A stretch of 64,000 nt of DNA from an uncultured Planctomycetota bacterium (GTDB taxonomy: Bacteria > Planctomycetota > Planctomycetia > Isosphaerales > Isosphaeraceae), in assembly GCA_963845755.1 (NCBI GenBank), contig CAWJTV010000028.1:160001-224000 (forward strand), in the 5' to 3' direction. Made by a program: the position numbers and the translations under genes. The notes below the pieces were generated by a model, which was not told the origin of the DNA, did not search any database, and was given only the letters and a program-made list of their open reading frames with translations. Positions 9,867 through 19,985 of the stretch are shown piece after piece. Every line of letters begins with the position of its first letter. Positions within the stretch are counted from its first letter, which is position 1.

Positions 9867-11528
9867 TCATGAGGATGCAACGACTTCGCGGTTTGGTAAC
9901 GCGGCGTCTTCAACGGGGTAGTTCCGCCATCGGATCGAGTACGAGTCCTCGAACCATTGCCGGATATCCTGCTCCACGCCGCGATCGTAATCGGGCTCGA
10001 CATGTAGCGTCTTGCCGGAGGGATCCTCGCGAATCTCTCCGTGGTCGACGATGAGCCGGCCGCCCTTGATCACGTGCCGCGGCAGTTCGAACATCGTCTC
10101 GCGATTGGCATTGGGCGTATAGATGGTGACGTCGGCATCGGCGCCAGGTCCAAGATGACCCTTGTGCGGCAAGCCGAGGATCCGGGCCGGGCCGGCACGG
10201 GTGATAATCGCGATTTCGGACAAGGTGTATTCGCGGTCCAGCTCCTTCAGGAGACTTTTTTCTCGCACGGCGACCGGCAGAGTGTTGAAAACGTCCTGTC
10301 GGTACGTCCGATCCATCAGCAGACGGATGATCTGGGGATAGGCCAGGAACGAGCCGCCGTTTGGGTGGTCCGTCGTCATCGCCACCCGCCAGGGATCCTC
10401 CACGAGCAAGTACCATTCCAGACCGATCGCCCATTGCCAGGCATGGATCAAGCGGGTGTTCTTGTACTCGATCGGCACGACGCCGCACCCTTCCTCCAGT
10501 TCGGTGTCTGCGCTGAACCACGGGGTCTTGTACAGCTTGCTCAGGTAGTAGCCAAGCGGCCCATCGGCGGTCATGCTCATGGTTGGGCCGAAAACGACCT
10601 GGCCGATGTCCACGGTGAGGTTGTCGTGCCCATTCACGAACTCTGCCAGTGGAGCGACCTTCGAGCTGAAGCTGTCCTCGTCCTGATCACGTCCTCCATA
10701 ACTATGGAACTGGATATGGGTTAGATGCCCTCGATGACCCTCCAGGAGCTTCATCGTTTCGAGCGTGGTCGTCCAGTTGCCGGGAAGGCCGAGGTTGTTG
10801 GTGTGAATGTGCACCGGGTGAGGGAGCCGCAGCTCGTCGACCGCCTGTGCGATCGACCGGATAATCTGGCGCGGGGTCACGCCGAAGTGATCGACGGGCG
10901 TATCGACGTCCTCCACGTTACCGGCTTGCCGGTTCTTCCAGTTCTCGACGCCGCCCGGATTGACGATCTTGGCCGCGTAGCCCTTCGCGGAGCACAGCAG
11001 CCAGCCCACGAACGCCCGGAGCTTCTCGACCTCCCCGTGCTGGATCGACCTCATCACGTAGTGATTGTTGCCCAGCAGGGCGAAGAATCCCTTGTCGATG
11101 CAAGGGGTGTCGTCGAACTCCTGGTGTGCCTGGCGCGCGAAGAGTGGCGGGATCGCGGCGTCGAATGCCGTCGTATATCCCATACCGGCATATTTGTAAC
11201 CGGTGGCGAACGTGCTGGGAACGCTCCCCAGAGTGCCGCTGCGCGTCAGCCGAGTGCGAAGGACGGGCTGGGCATGCCGTTTGTGCCCCGGGCCGAGCTT
11301 GCGACCGGTATTGACCTTGGGCCCGACGATGTGGCAGTGCATGTCAACGCCGCCCGGCATGACCGCCATCCCCGAGGCGTCGAGAACTCGGGCCGGCCGA
11401 ATCTCGGGATCCGTCGGCGGCTCGACGATCCGGCCATCCGCGATCCAGAGGTCGCGGACTTCTCCATCGATGCCGTTGGCGGGATCGTAGAGAGTCCCTC
11501 CCGCAATCTTGAAATACTCGGTGATCAT
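9867..11528 (-). CDS. fhcA: Formyltransferase/hydrolase complex subunit A (FwdA-like amidohydrolase)
   Basis: GGVDMHCH, KIVNPGG, HIHTNNLGLPGN, HIQFHSY, TTDHPNG, KGHLGPGADAD. Confidence 0.93.
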   Translation of the reverse strand: MITEYFKIAGGTLYDPANGIDGEVRDLWIADGRIVEPPTDPEIRPARVLDASGMAVMPGGVDMHCHIVGPKVNTGRKLGPGHKRHAQPVLRTRLTRSGTLGSVPSTFATGYKYAGMGYTTAFDAAIPPLFARQAHQEFDDTPCIDKGFFALLGNNHYVMRSIQHGEVEKLRAFVGWLLCSAKGYAAKIVNPGGVENWKNRQAGNVEDVDTPVDHFGVTPRQIIRSIAQAVDELRLPHPVHIHTNNLGLPGNWTTTLETMKLLEGHRGHLTHIQFHSYGGRDQDEDSFSSKVAPLAEFVNGHDNLTVDIGQVVFGPTMSMTADGPLGYYLSKLYKTPWFSADTELEEGCGVVPIEYKNTRLIHAWQWAIGLEWYLLVEDPWRVAMTTDHPNGGSFLAYPQIIRLLMDRTYRQDVFNTLPVAVREKSLLKELDREYTLSEIAIITRAGPARILGLPHKGHLGPGADADVTIYTPNANRETMFELPRHVIKGGRLIVDHGEIREDPSGKTLHVEPDYDRGVEQDIRQWFEDSYSIRWRNYPVEDAALPNREVVASS

Positions 11529-12347
11529 GATTTCCCGCAGGTCCACACCTCGCCCTTACTCAGGGCCAGGAGGTCCCCATGATAGAGTAGGAGATCGCCA
11601 TCGAGCAGCCCCGGATCGACCGGAAAACCCAGCCTGGCCAATTCGCGGAAGATCAGTCGGAGAAAGAGCGGACGAAACAGTCCGGCCCGGCGAAACGTTG
11701 GCGGCAGCCTGGGGGGAATCCTTCCGAACAGCGCGATCGTCCCCCGGCGACATGCCGGCCCCGCTACGAACCCCGCAATCACCGAATACCAGGATGCTAC
11801 CGGCAATCATGTTAAATCCGATGGCGTCTCCGCAAGAACCGCGCACGGCGAGCATCCCCCGCCTCATGGCCGCGCAGATCTCGTTGCCGGCATTCCCTCC
11901 GATCAGGATCGTACCGTCGGTCATGCCTCGCTTGCCGCCGCGATAGGCCGCTCCGACAAGATCGCCGGCATCGCCTTGGATCTCAATAAAGCCGCCGTGC
12001 ATCTCGGCGCCCGCCCAGTCGCCGGCATTCCCATCGACCCGGATCGTCCCGCCGGTCATCTCGGCGCCCAGGTGGCGGCCCGCGTTTCCCTGGACCCGGA
12101 TCTCACCGCCGGTCATCCCGTACCCGATGTAGTGGACGCCGCTCAAATCCCCTTGGTAATCGATCCGGCCGTCGGAAAGGTTTCCCGAAACGCTGAACAG
12201 CTCAGCCAGCGGGACCTTGCGGTTGCCGAGGAGGATCTCCAGCCGCTCGATTTCGGCGAGCGACTTGTTGCGCAACCGGTCCGGCGTGATCCCCTCGACC
12301 TCGACGGGGACCGAAGTGTCTGCGTTGTAACGAAAGGTCAGAGCCAT
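11525..12347 (-). CDS. fhcC: Formyltransferase/hydrolase complex subunit C (beta-helix), frameshift near 11750
   Basis: Repeated GxxMxGGxIxVxGNAG units; C-terminus PTFRR...GDLLALSKGE in frame 11525..11806. Confidence 0.9.
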
Positions 12348-12482
12348 GACAACCGTTCCGTACTGCTGCGCCCCAAGAGGACTCGCCGCCCATCGAGGTC
12401 GATTCTAACGATTTGGGTCACTGAGATGAACTTTCTGGTAGAGTGGAGATGCCGAGGTTCGTGTCCAGAAGGAGAAAAACCG

Positions 12483-12610
12483 ATGAACTTCGAGCAACTG
12501 GCCGAGTTGGGTCAGCAAGCCTTGCGGGCCTTCGAGCGCGATCTGCCCCGGCTCTGGGAGCAACGTCCAGGGCAGTGAGTCTCTTGTCCGGGGACACGGC
12601 GGCAATGAGA
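12483..12610 (+). pseudogene. Remnant of a small antitoxin-like (DUF5678-like) gene
   Basis: AAGGAG RBS then MNFEQLAELGQQALRAFERDLPRLWEQRPGQ followed by TGA where W (TGG) would be expected. Confidence 0.35.
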
Positions 12611-12768
12611 TCCCGGATTGGAAATCGCATGGCTGAACCTCTTGGGAAACTGGATATCCTGTCTCATGGATGAGATACGACGAGATGAGATACGACGATT
12701 TGCGAGAGTCAAGGGGGAAATCTCCCAATGTTGGCCCATGAGCCTGTGCCTTTTTCGGCCGAGGAAGG

Positions 12769-13122
12769 ATGATGACCGACGAAGCACCTTCGCTCGACGA
12801 GGTCCGCCGACGGCTCATCGAGTTGCTCGAGGCCGATGAATGGCGGATCACCGAAAAAGCCGAGCGGTCGGGGCGGGCATTCCTGGGGAGAACCATCCCC
12901 GTCCCGACTCAACTCTCAATTGTAAGACATGTTCTGCAGCTCCTCGAGCAACCGGATTGTTCGCTGATACCCGTCCTCATGGGCACCCCCCCAAGCTCCC
13001 GTGGGGTGGGATATCGGGTTCGAGATCCAGTATCGCCCAATTTGTATATCAAGGTTAAGATTGAGGAGGATCTCGCCTGGATCCTCAGCTTCGGTGAGAG
13101 CAAGCATTTCAGGAGGCCCTAG
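12769..13122 (+). CDS. Putative type II toxin, MqsR-like
   Basis: 117 aa ending LYIKVKI...ILSF, directly abutting a Zn-finger-HTH antitoxin. Confidence 0.55.
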   Translation: MMTDEAPSLDEVRRRLIELLEADEWRITEKAERSGRAFLGRTIPVPTQLSIVRHVLQLLEQPDCSLIPVLMGTPPSSRGVGYRVRDPVSPNLYIKVKIEEDLAWILSFGESKHFRRP

Positions 13123-13719
13123 ATGTCGGAAACGACGAGAAACGGCCGAGGGCGACACTGTCCAGTCTGTGGACGCGGCACATTGAGGACACGCCTTATC
13201 AGCGAAGTGTTCGAATACGGCGATGACGGAGAAGCCGTCCTGGTGAGAACCCAGGATGTCCCCGTCGAAGACTGTGACGTCTGCGGCGAGTCGTTCAGCG
13301 GGCCAAAGGCCGCGCGGATTCGCCACTTAGCGATCGGTCAGGCAGTGGGCCTTCTGCCGCCGCAAGACATCCGAGCCCTACGGGAGCGCTCGGGTCAGTC
13401 CCCCGATCAGTTCGCCAAACTGATCGGAGTCGCGACCGATCGGCTGTCCCAATGGGAGAGCGGGAGGAGCTGGCAGGATCGAACGGCTGATCGTTTGATG
13501 CGTCTTCTCGCATTGAGACCTGAGAATGCAGAACATCTTAATAAGTTGGCCAAGACGCCAGCCAGCGACCCCAATGGTGAAAAACCCGAGACGCAGGCCA
13601 GGGTGCCGAGGAAGCATGGTTCGTCGAAATCGGCCGAACAAACAGCTCGGAGTGGGGAGGGGCGCTTCGCATCGCCGCCGAGGCCCATACGGCCAATTAA
13701 TGAATTGGATTATTCATAA
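13123..13719 (+). CDS. MqsA/YgiT-type Zn-finger HTH antitoxin
   Basis: CPVC...CDVCGE zinc ribbon, then IRALRE...FAKLIGV...LSQWESG XRE HTH. Confidence 0.8.
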   Translation: MSETTRNGRGRHCPVCGRGTLRTRLISEVFEYGDDGEAVLVRTQDVPVEDCDVCGESFSGPKAARIRHLAIGQAVGLLPPQDIRALRERSGQSPDQFAKLIGVATDRLSQWESGRSWQDRTADRLMRLLALRPENAEHLNKLAKTPASDPNGEKPETQARVPRKHGSSKSAEQTARSGEGRFASPPRPIRPINELDYS

Positions 13720-13933
13720 CACGTATAGACGGTGAGGCACGGATAAGGGGTCAGGACAATGAATAGATAGGGAGTTTGTGTGCTTTGGGCAAGGCATTGA
13801 CGCTGAGCATTCACGAGAAGTACAGCGTGGCATCAGGCGCCCAAACGGTCAAGACCTTCCGCGATCGGAACAGCCGGATAGGCTGGATGGCATGACTATG
13901 GATGGATGATATCGGGCTCCAAGGGGGTCAAGT

Positions 13934-14650
13934 GTGGGGAAACGTCACAGCGAAAACGAAATCTTCGAATTCATCACTGGCGACTTCCAGTGTGCTTGGG
14001 ATGCCTTGGCTGGGAATCCTGGAGGCCCGGCAACAAACGGCGGCAACTTCATGTTCGCCCTCCTGGGAGCAGTCCTATTCGAGTGGGCCTGCCAACTATG
14101 CAAATCTGACTCTAGGGCACAAAAGGATTTCGCAATCGAGTTACAGAAAATGAATCGGAAGTATTTCACGCAATTGGTAGGTAAAAGCGGAGTCTCCAAG
14201 AATTTTCCGTCGATTGACGGCAAGCCTGAATACAGCTTACTTGGAGCCATCTGGGATCTCATCCGTAATGGGCAGGCTCATCAGTACCAAGATATAAACG
14301 TCAAGCTCAAGGGGAACGGACGGTGGATACTGATGATTCGGGGTGTACAGCACGGCGTCCCTTTATCTGAAGTCGCGGCGAATCGCGGCTTGGTACACCA
14401 CCTTGACTATCGCGTGGATTCGGATGGCGATGTGTTGCTCTACATACACCCCGGCGTCTTCTTTCTCGATGTTCGTGATGCGATCATGAAAGCAAAGCTA
14501 CTCCACCGCGGATTGAAGATCAACGACTGGACCAAGGGAGATGGGGGGCGGAGCGGCGAATACCAGTACACAGGGAACCAATTAGTAGAAAGTCTGAAAA
14601 ATAACTCACATGTTATCGTCAATGGCAATATTGACGATCGACCGCGTTAA
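13934..14650 (+). CDS. Hypothetical protein, candidate HEPN-type RNase
   Basis: 238 aa, visibly lower GC than flanks, RNGQAH (R-x4-H) at 14264-14281. Confidence 0.6.
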   Translation: MGKRHSENEIFEFITGDFQCAWDALAGNPGGPATNGGNFMFALLGAVLFEWACQLCKSDSRAQKDFAIELQKMNRKYFTQLVGKSGVSKNFPSIDGKPEYSLLGAIWDLIRNGQAHQYQDINVKLKGNGRWILMIRGVQHGVPLSEVAANRGLVHHLDYRVDSDGDVLLYIHPGVFFLDVRDAIMKAKLLHRGLKINDWTKGDGGRSGEYQYTGNQLVESLKNNSHVIVNGNIDDRPR

Positions 14651-14676
14651 TCCTCTGGCCGCGAGAATCGGGTGGT

Positions 14677-16346
14677 GCCCCAGGCTAATTGAAAGAGTGA
14701 CTTAAGAAACTATCTCAATACCCCGAGGAAACAGCCGCAACTCCATCGCAGCAAACGGCTTGGGTCGATCTCGTACGTTTGTCTGTAAGTGCTTATTGAC
14801 TAACGACTTACCGTCGCCGGTCGGGGCTTTTGAGATAGTTTCTAAGTACCGCTCCCCGCAAATAAGGACCGGAAATCCTACGTGGCCGTCGCCATTGGCT
14901 CCTCATCCTCGATCTGGCACTTGGCCATGACCTTCGCCACCGACATTCGAGGTCCAGTTGAACGGATGAGCGATCTCATTCCACTCGCGGATGAAGGCCA
15001 TCAGCCGCTCGGCCAACTGCTCCTTGCTGGCGAAGTCGGCGATCCGCAGCCGCTTCCGCCGGGCGATGCTGAACCACTGCTCCACCTGGTTCATCCACGA
15101 GCAATGAACCGGCGGGTGATGGAAGACGAACCGCGGATGCCTCGCCAGCCACGCCTGGACCTGCTTCCCTTTGTGCATCCGCAGGTTGTCCAGGACCACG
15201 TGGATCGTCGTCACCGATTCGGGGATCTCGCTGTCGAACTGCTCCAGGAACGCGATGAACTCCGATTGCCGCTTCCGCGGCGCCGTCATGCCGTAGACCT
15301 TTCCCGTCCGCGTGTCGAAGGCCGCGAACAGATTCAACGGCGCCACAACGGCCGTACTCGTGCTCGACCCGGGTCGGTCGGTCCTTGTCGGTCGGCAACG
15401 TCTTCGACTTCTGCGGCCGCGGTTGCAGGCTGGTCATCTCGTCGGCGCAGAGGACGACCTCGTCCGGGCGCAGCGGCCGGGTATAGAGGTCGCAGATCTC
15501 CTGGACCTGAGCGGCGAACGCCGCGTCCCGCGGCACCTTGGGCGAGAGCCACATCTTCTGCCGCCAGGGCTTGAGGCGGTGGCTCAAGAGGATCCGCCGC
15601 ACGGTCTCCGCCGAGATGCTCGATACCACGCCATCGCGGACCAACTGCCGCGCGATCTCGGTGCAATCCCACTGCGACAGGGAGCGGCTCGAGCTCATCC
15701 GGCCGTTCGCAGGCGATCTTGACCACGTACATCGCCACCTCGGGGGGAAAAGACCGGCTTGCGGCCGCGCCCGGGGCGATCGTGCAAGCCGGCCAAGCGG
15801 CTTTGGAGGAACCGCTGGACCCACTTGCGGACATGCTTCTCGGTCAGGCCGACCAACCGGGCCACGGCGACCATAGGGGTGCCCTCGGCGACTTCGAGGA
15901 TGGCCCGGCAGCGCCGGGCCAGTCCCAGGGACGTCAAAGGGCAGCGGAGGTATTTCAGGAGCTGATCGTGTTCTTCCGGAGTTAAGACCACTCGCAACGC
16001 GGACTTGCGGCCTCTCATGATGACCTCCCTGCGGTTCGATCCTCGGAGGCGAATTCAAGGGAATCATAACCGAGAGGAAGGCCACGGTGAATTCCGGTCC
16101 TTATTTGCGGGGAGCGGTACTAAGTGCCTATGAAAACGAGGTTTATGGGGCGAGACCCCGACAAAACGAACGCCAGACTCAGCAACGACTTACGGCGTTC
16201 TTTCAATAGGGTTGTTCCGCAATAAGGGAGATCTTCGTCGCAAGTCCTTGTAGGCATCACCTTGTGCGAAGCGCTGCTGTTTTCCGTAAAGCATTGTCAC
16301 CAAATGAGTTGCGACTATTGCAGAACAACACTAATTAGCCTGGGGC
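14677..16346. repeat. Stack of miniature inverted-repeat elements around the IS630
   Basis: Outer IR 14677-14690/16333-16346; inner IR pairs 14705-14718/14830-14843, 16127-16136/16201-16210, 16211-16224/16316-16329. Confidence 0.7.
14846..16120 (-). mobile_element. IS630-family insertion sequence
   Basis: Perfect 30-bp inverted match 14845-14874/16092-16121; CTAAG at both junctions (TAA duplication); HTH orfA 15695..16018, DDE fragments ADEMTS, VLDNL, SWMNQVEQWF. Confidence 0.92.
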
Positions 16347-16439
16347 GCCACCACGCTCGCGTGCGAACGAGTTAAGAAGTCAACCTTCATATTGCAATCC
16401 CGTTTGATCAGAACCCTGACTCACTCTCGTCAGGATCGG

Positions 16440-17756
16440 TCACGGCGGCACGCGCGCTTCGATCTCGCGGAGTATTGCCTCGCTAGCTGGGAACGTCAAC
16501 GCGATCGCCGGTCGGAGCGGGATTGGCACACCATCCATGCGATAGACGGTTCCCGAGGTGCTGATCCCGTAAGTCGCGGTTTGGAACAACACCGTCGCGC
16601 CCCGTATGGTGGGAGTGTCGTTGGAATCGATCAGAACTGACGGAATCCGCGACAGATGATCACGGGCCGACGGGCTCAGATGCTCTGCCGAGTCCCCGGC
16701 GAGGATTAACGCCGCATCGGGCTCGCCGCGTTCCAGGCAGAGGCTTGCATCGAATTCCCCGGGTCCATGTCGGGGATAGCCTCGCGCCAGGTTCACGGAA
16801 CCCGGATACCCCGTACCCCACGTCAAGACGTTCTCGGCTCCCATGGGATTCCCACCGCCGCGAAGGCCCAGGCAAACAAACCGCGTGTGGTCGTTCAGGT
16901 CACGAACCAGGGCCAGCATCGCGTGGCGATCGAGGTGAGCCGTCTGAGGCGAGGACAATCGACTGCCGTAGAAGATCACGCCGTACTTCGCGCGCTTCAT
17001 CCGGTCCAGCAGCGCCTGCCATGTTGACAGGGGGACCCGGGTTTCCGACTCGATCTCCGCGGCATCGAGCTCGAGACCCTTTGCCAACGCGCGCAAGGTC
17101 CAGAACGCCTCGAAGTCCTTCCGCGGCGGGAGTGGGATGAATTGATCGGCCGCGTCCGCGCTGGCGGTCTTCGATCGGTCAACCACGATGCCGTATCGGT
17201 CTTCCCGGCCGCGAGGCACGAACGTGCCCCTGGCGGCCAAGGTGTAGCGTTCGAAGAATCGCGGATGGGTCTCGGCCGGATCGCAGCCCCAGAAGACGAT
17301 CAGGTCGCCCCGGTTCTTGACTTCGCCGAGCGTGCAGGTCACCTCCCCGACCTCCTGGAATGCGATCGTCGAGGCCCCGCCATCGCGGTCAGACGTCGAA
17401 TCGATGCAGCCTCCGATCCAGTCCGCGATCGCGACAGCCAGGCGTTGAGATTCGCTGGTCGTCTCTCTGAGGCCAAAGAGGATCGGGTATCTGGCGTCAA
17501 CCAGAATGCGGGCGGCGCGGTCGATGCCCTCCTCCAGCGTCGCGGAGTGGCCCTCGACCAGGCATACTGGCCGATCAGTAGCAGGGCGGTTCCTGAACCA
17601 GGACTCACCAAGGCTGCACGCATTCGCGGCCCCGACAACGCGATCGCCTTCGATGCTCAACGAGATGTCATCGCAGAGGCACCCACAGAACGTGCAGGTG
17701 GCATCCTCGACGATGAGCGGATCGGACTTCGACGGGTCTTGTGGAGGGTTCGGCAT
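16440..17756 (-). CDS. fhcB: Formyltransferase/hydrolase complex subunit B (FwdB-like)
   Basis: CTFCGCLCDD, TCTLGEVKNRGDLIVFWGCDP..THPR, GTVYRMDGVP. Confidence 0.92.
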   Translation of the reverse strand: MPNPPQDPSKSDPLIVEDATCTFCGCLCDDISLSIEGDRVVGAANACSLGESWFRNRPATDRPVCLVEGHSATLEEGIDRAARILVDARYPILFGLRETTSESQRLAVAIADWIGGCIDSTSDRDGGASTIAFQEVGEVTCTLGEVKNRGDLIVFWGCDPAETHPRFFERYTLAARGTFVPRGREDRYGIVVDRSKTASADAADQFIPLPPRKDFEAFWTLRALAKGLELDAAEIESETRVPLSTWQALLDRMKRAKYGVIFYGSRLSSPQTAHLDRHAMLALVRDLNDHTRFVCLGLRGGGNPMGAENVLTWGTGYPGSVNLARGYPRHGPGEFDASLCLERGEPDAALILAGDSAEHLSPSARDHLSRIPSVLIDSNDTPTIRGATVLFQTATYGISTSGTVYRMDGVPIPLRPAIALTFPASEAILREIEARVPP

Positions 17757-17796
17757 CTTGGATTATCAGCAGGATGTATGGGTGTCCTGGTTCATG

Positions 17797-19050
17797 TCAA
17801 TCTACACCCCGGCCGTTCGGGCCGCTACCCGTCGCTTCCAGCTTCGAAGCGTCGCGACGTGAGGATTGAAGCAGCCGGATCACGTCGGCGGCGATCGATT
17901 TGGCAATCCGTGGATTGGCGGACTCGGTCGTGTGGCAATAGTCGATGAACACCAGGCCGTCCGAGGCGTCGAACATACCGCTCAGGTCGTGAAATGATGG
18001 ATTACCGCCCAACTTGGACGACTCGCGAACTAGCCGCAGAACGTCCCGGAACATGGGTTCGGCCCAGGCATATCTCGCGGCCTCCTCGCGCTCGATCGGG
18101 GCGAGCTTTGCCTTCGCGAAGACGACCGGCTGCCAGTAGAATAGCGTGTGGAACGCGTACTCCCGGCCAAGTCGTTCGACGAGCTGCACGTTGGCTTCAT
18201 AACGTCGGACGACCTCGACGGCGAGCTGAGCGCGGGTCCTGTCCGAGGCGGGTTGGCCGATCCGGTCATCCCGCCTTGCGAACCGTCGGCTGAACGCCCG
18301 GGCGAACCGATACGAGCCGGAATCCTGGACGATCTTGCCGAGTAAGGCACCGGCCAGCCGGGAGGGGGACTGCAACAGATTGAACTCGCGGCGCCGGTTG
18401 ATCTCGTTGGTCGTCAGGCCGGCTTCTCCTTCCAGCAAGGCCGAAGTCGTGTCGTTGACACCGTCGTAGAAGACCACGATGTCAGGGCGATAGCCCGACT
18501 GGAGTTCTCGCATCAGCGCAACGACCTCTTGCGTGCTTACATAGCCGATCTCGGCGAGGTTCCGGATCCGCACATTCTGCGCTTGCTCGAAAAGCTCCCG
18601 CGCGAGGACCGAGGGAATCGTCTGATCGTCCCGCGCGCCGAATCCCCAGAGCGAGGAGCCGCCCAGCAGGAGGAGATCAACGGGTTTCCGATCCTGGCCG
18701 CCGGCTGAAGTCGAAGATGGGTGTTGCCAGGTCGCCCGCAAGCCATCCGGGCCGATCGAGATGGTTTCTCCCTGGAAAGCCTCGGGCCGAAAGTAGATGT
18801 AAGGCTCCCAGCGCACGCTCAGCGACTCGATCTCGCGATAATGCCGCACCGGCCAGGACTCGCCGCCGTAACCCTCCGCGAGCACGCGACGATCGGGCTG
18901 TGGCGGGATGCTGAAACGGTCCTTCAACGCAAACGCCACGCGTAATCCGGCTTCCGTCAAACCGAGCACGATCAAGGTGATCCCGATGATGGACCAGGCC
19001 GTCTGAAGCAGGATCAACGATCGCTTGAAACGCCGAATCACGGTGGCCAT
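17797..19050 (-). CDS. SGNH/GDSL hydrolase family membrane-anchored protein
   Basis: N-terminal TM helix, LGGSSLWG, YDGVND, DYCH. Confidence 0.75.
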   Translation of the reverse strand: MATVIRRFKRSLILLQTAWSIIGITLIVLGLTEAGLRVAFALKDRFSIPPQPDRRVLAEGYGGESWPVRHYREIESLSVRWEPYIYFRPEAFQGETISIGPDGLRATWQHPSSTSAGGQDRKPVDLLLLGGSSLWGFGARDDQTIPSVLARELFEQAQNVRIRNLAEIGYVSTQEVVALMRELQSGYRPDIVVFYDGVNDTTSALLEGEAGLTTNEINRRREFNLLQSPSRLAGALLGKIVQDSGSYRFARAFSRRFARRDDRIGQPASDRTRAQLAVEVVRRYEANVQLVERLGREYAFHTLFYWQPVVFAKAKLAPIEREEAARYAWAEPMFRDVLRLVRESSKLGGNPSFHDLSGMFDASDGLVFIDYCHTTESANPRIAKSIAADVIRLLQSSRRDASKLEATGSGPNGRGVD

Positions 19051-19177
19051 CTTGCAGACTCATCTTGTTTCGCCGAAGCTCGGGGGGATAACGTGGTTAA
19101 GGATCAGAAACAATCTACGCAAAAGGGGAATTGTAGGCCAGCCGCCCTTGGCGTTCGGGTGAGGAGATGCTTGGCAC

Positions 19178-19930
19178 GTGAACGTGGAAGGACAGCGGAT
19201 TATTGTGTTGGGCTCGACGTCGGGGATCGGCCGCGCTGTGGCACTGGCCCTGGGCGAGGGGGGCGCCGACGTGATCGTTCACGGGCGGTCGTGGGCCGCG
19301 GCCGAGGAGGTCGCGGACGTCATCCGTGAACGCGGGAGCCGTGCCGCGTCGCTGATCGCCGACCTGGCCGATCGCGAGGCCGGCGATCGGCTGATCGAGG
19401 AAGCCTGGTCCCTCTGGGGCGGCCTGGACGCCTGGTTGCACATCGCCGGTGCCGACACCTTGACCGGTGAAGCCGCGGGCCTTCCCTTCGACGCCAAACT
19501 CGATCTTCTTTGGGCGGTCAACGTCGCGGCGACGATCCGTCTTTGCCGCGCGGTCGGCCAGAAGATGAAGGACCAAGGGCACGGGTCGATCGTGACCATG
19601 GGCTGGGATCAGGCGGAAACCGGCATGGAGGGAGACTCAGGCGAGTTGTTCGCCGCGACCAAGGGCGCGATCATGGCCTTCACCCGCAGCCTGGCCCTCA
19701 GCCTGGCCCCCACTGTCCGTGTGAATGCCCTGGCGCCGGGGTGGATCAAGACGGAATGGGGTCAAGGGGCATCGAAGGCGTGGCACGACCGTGTGCTCGA
19801 AGAGACTCCGCTCGCCCGATGGGGAACGCCCGAGGACGTCGCCAGGGTCGCCTGCTTCCTCGTCAGTCCGGCGGCCGCGTTTCTCACCGGACAGATCCTG
19901 CGGGTCGATGGTGGGGCTGTGCGGTCGTAA
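19178..19930 (+). CDS. Atypical SDR oxidoreductase (FxxxK in place of YxxxK)
   Basis: GSTSGIG Rossmann motif, VRVNALAPGWIKT, GQILRVDGG. Confidence 0.85.
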   Translation: MNVEGQRIIVLGSTSGIGRAVALALGEGGADVIVHGRSWAAAEEVADVIRERGSRAASLIADLADREAGDRLIEEAWSLWGGLDAWLHIAGADTLTGEAAGLPFDAKLDLLWAVNVAATIRLCRAVGQKMKDQGHGSIVTMGWDQAETGMEGDSGELFAATKGAIMAFTRSLALSLAPTVRVNALAPGWIKTEWGQGASKAWHDRVLEETPLARWGTPEDVARVACFLVSPAAAFLTGQILRVDGGAVRS

Positions 19931-19985
19931 TCGGCGGATTTGTTCGAAAACGGGCCCGGGACGGCCCGGCGAGATTCACACCATC

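Noticed and set aside
13710..13930. Possible integron attC site after the antitoxin stop (CATAAC)
   Set aside because: No matching GTTRRRY end or convincing hairpin, and no integrase in the window
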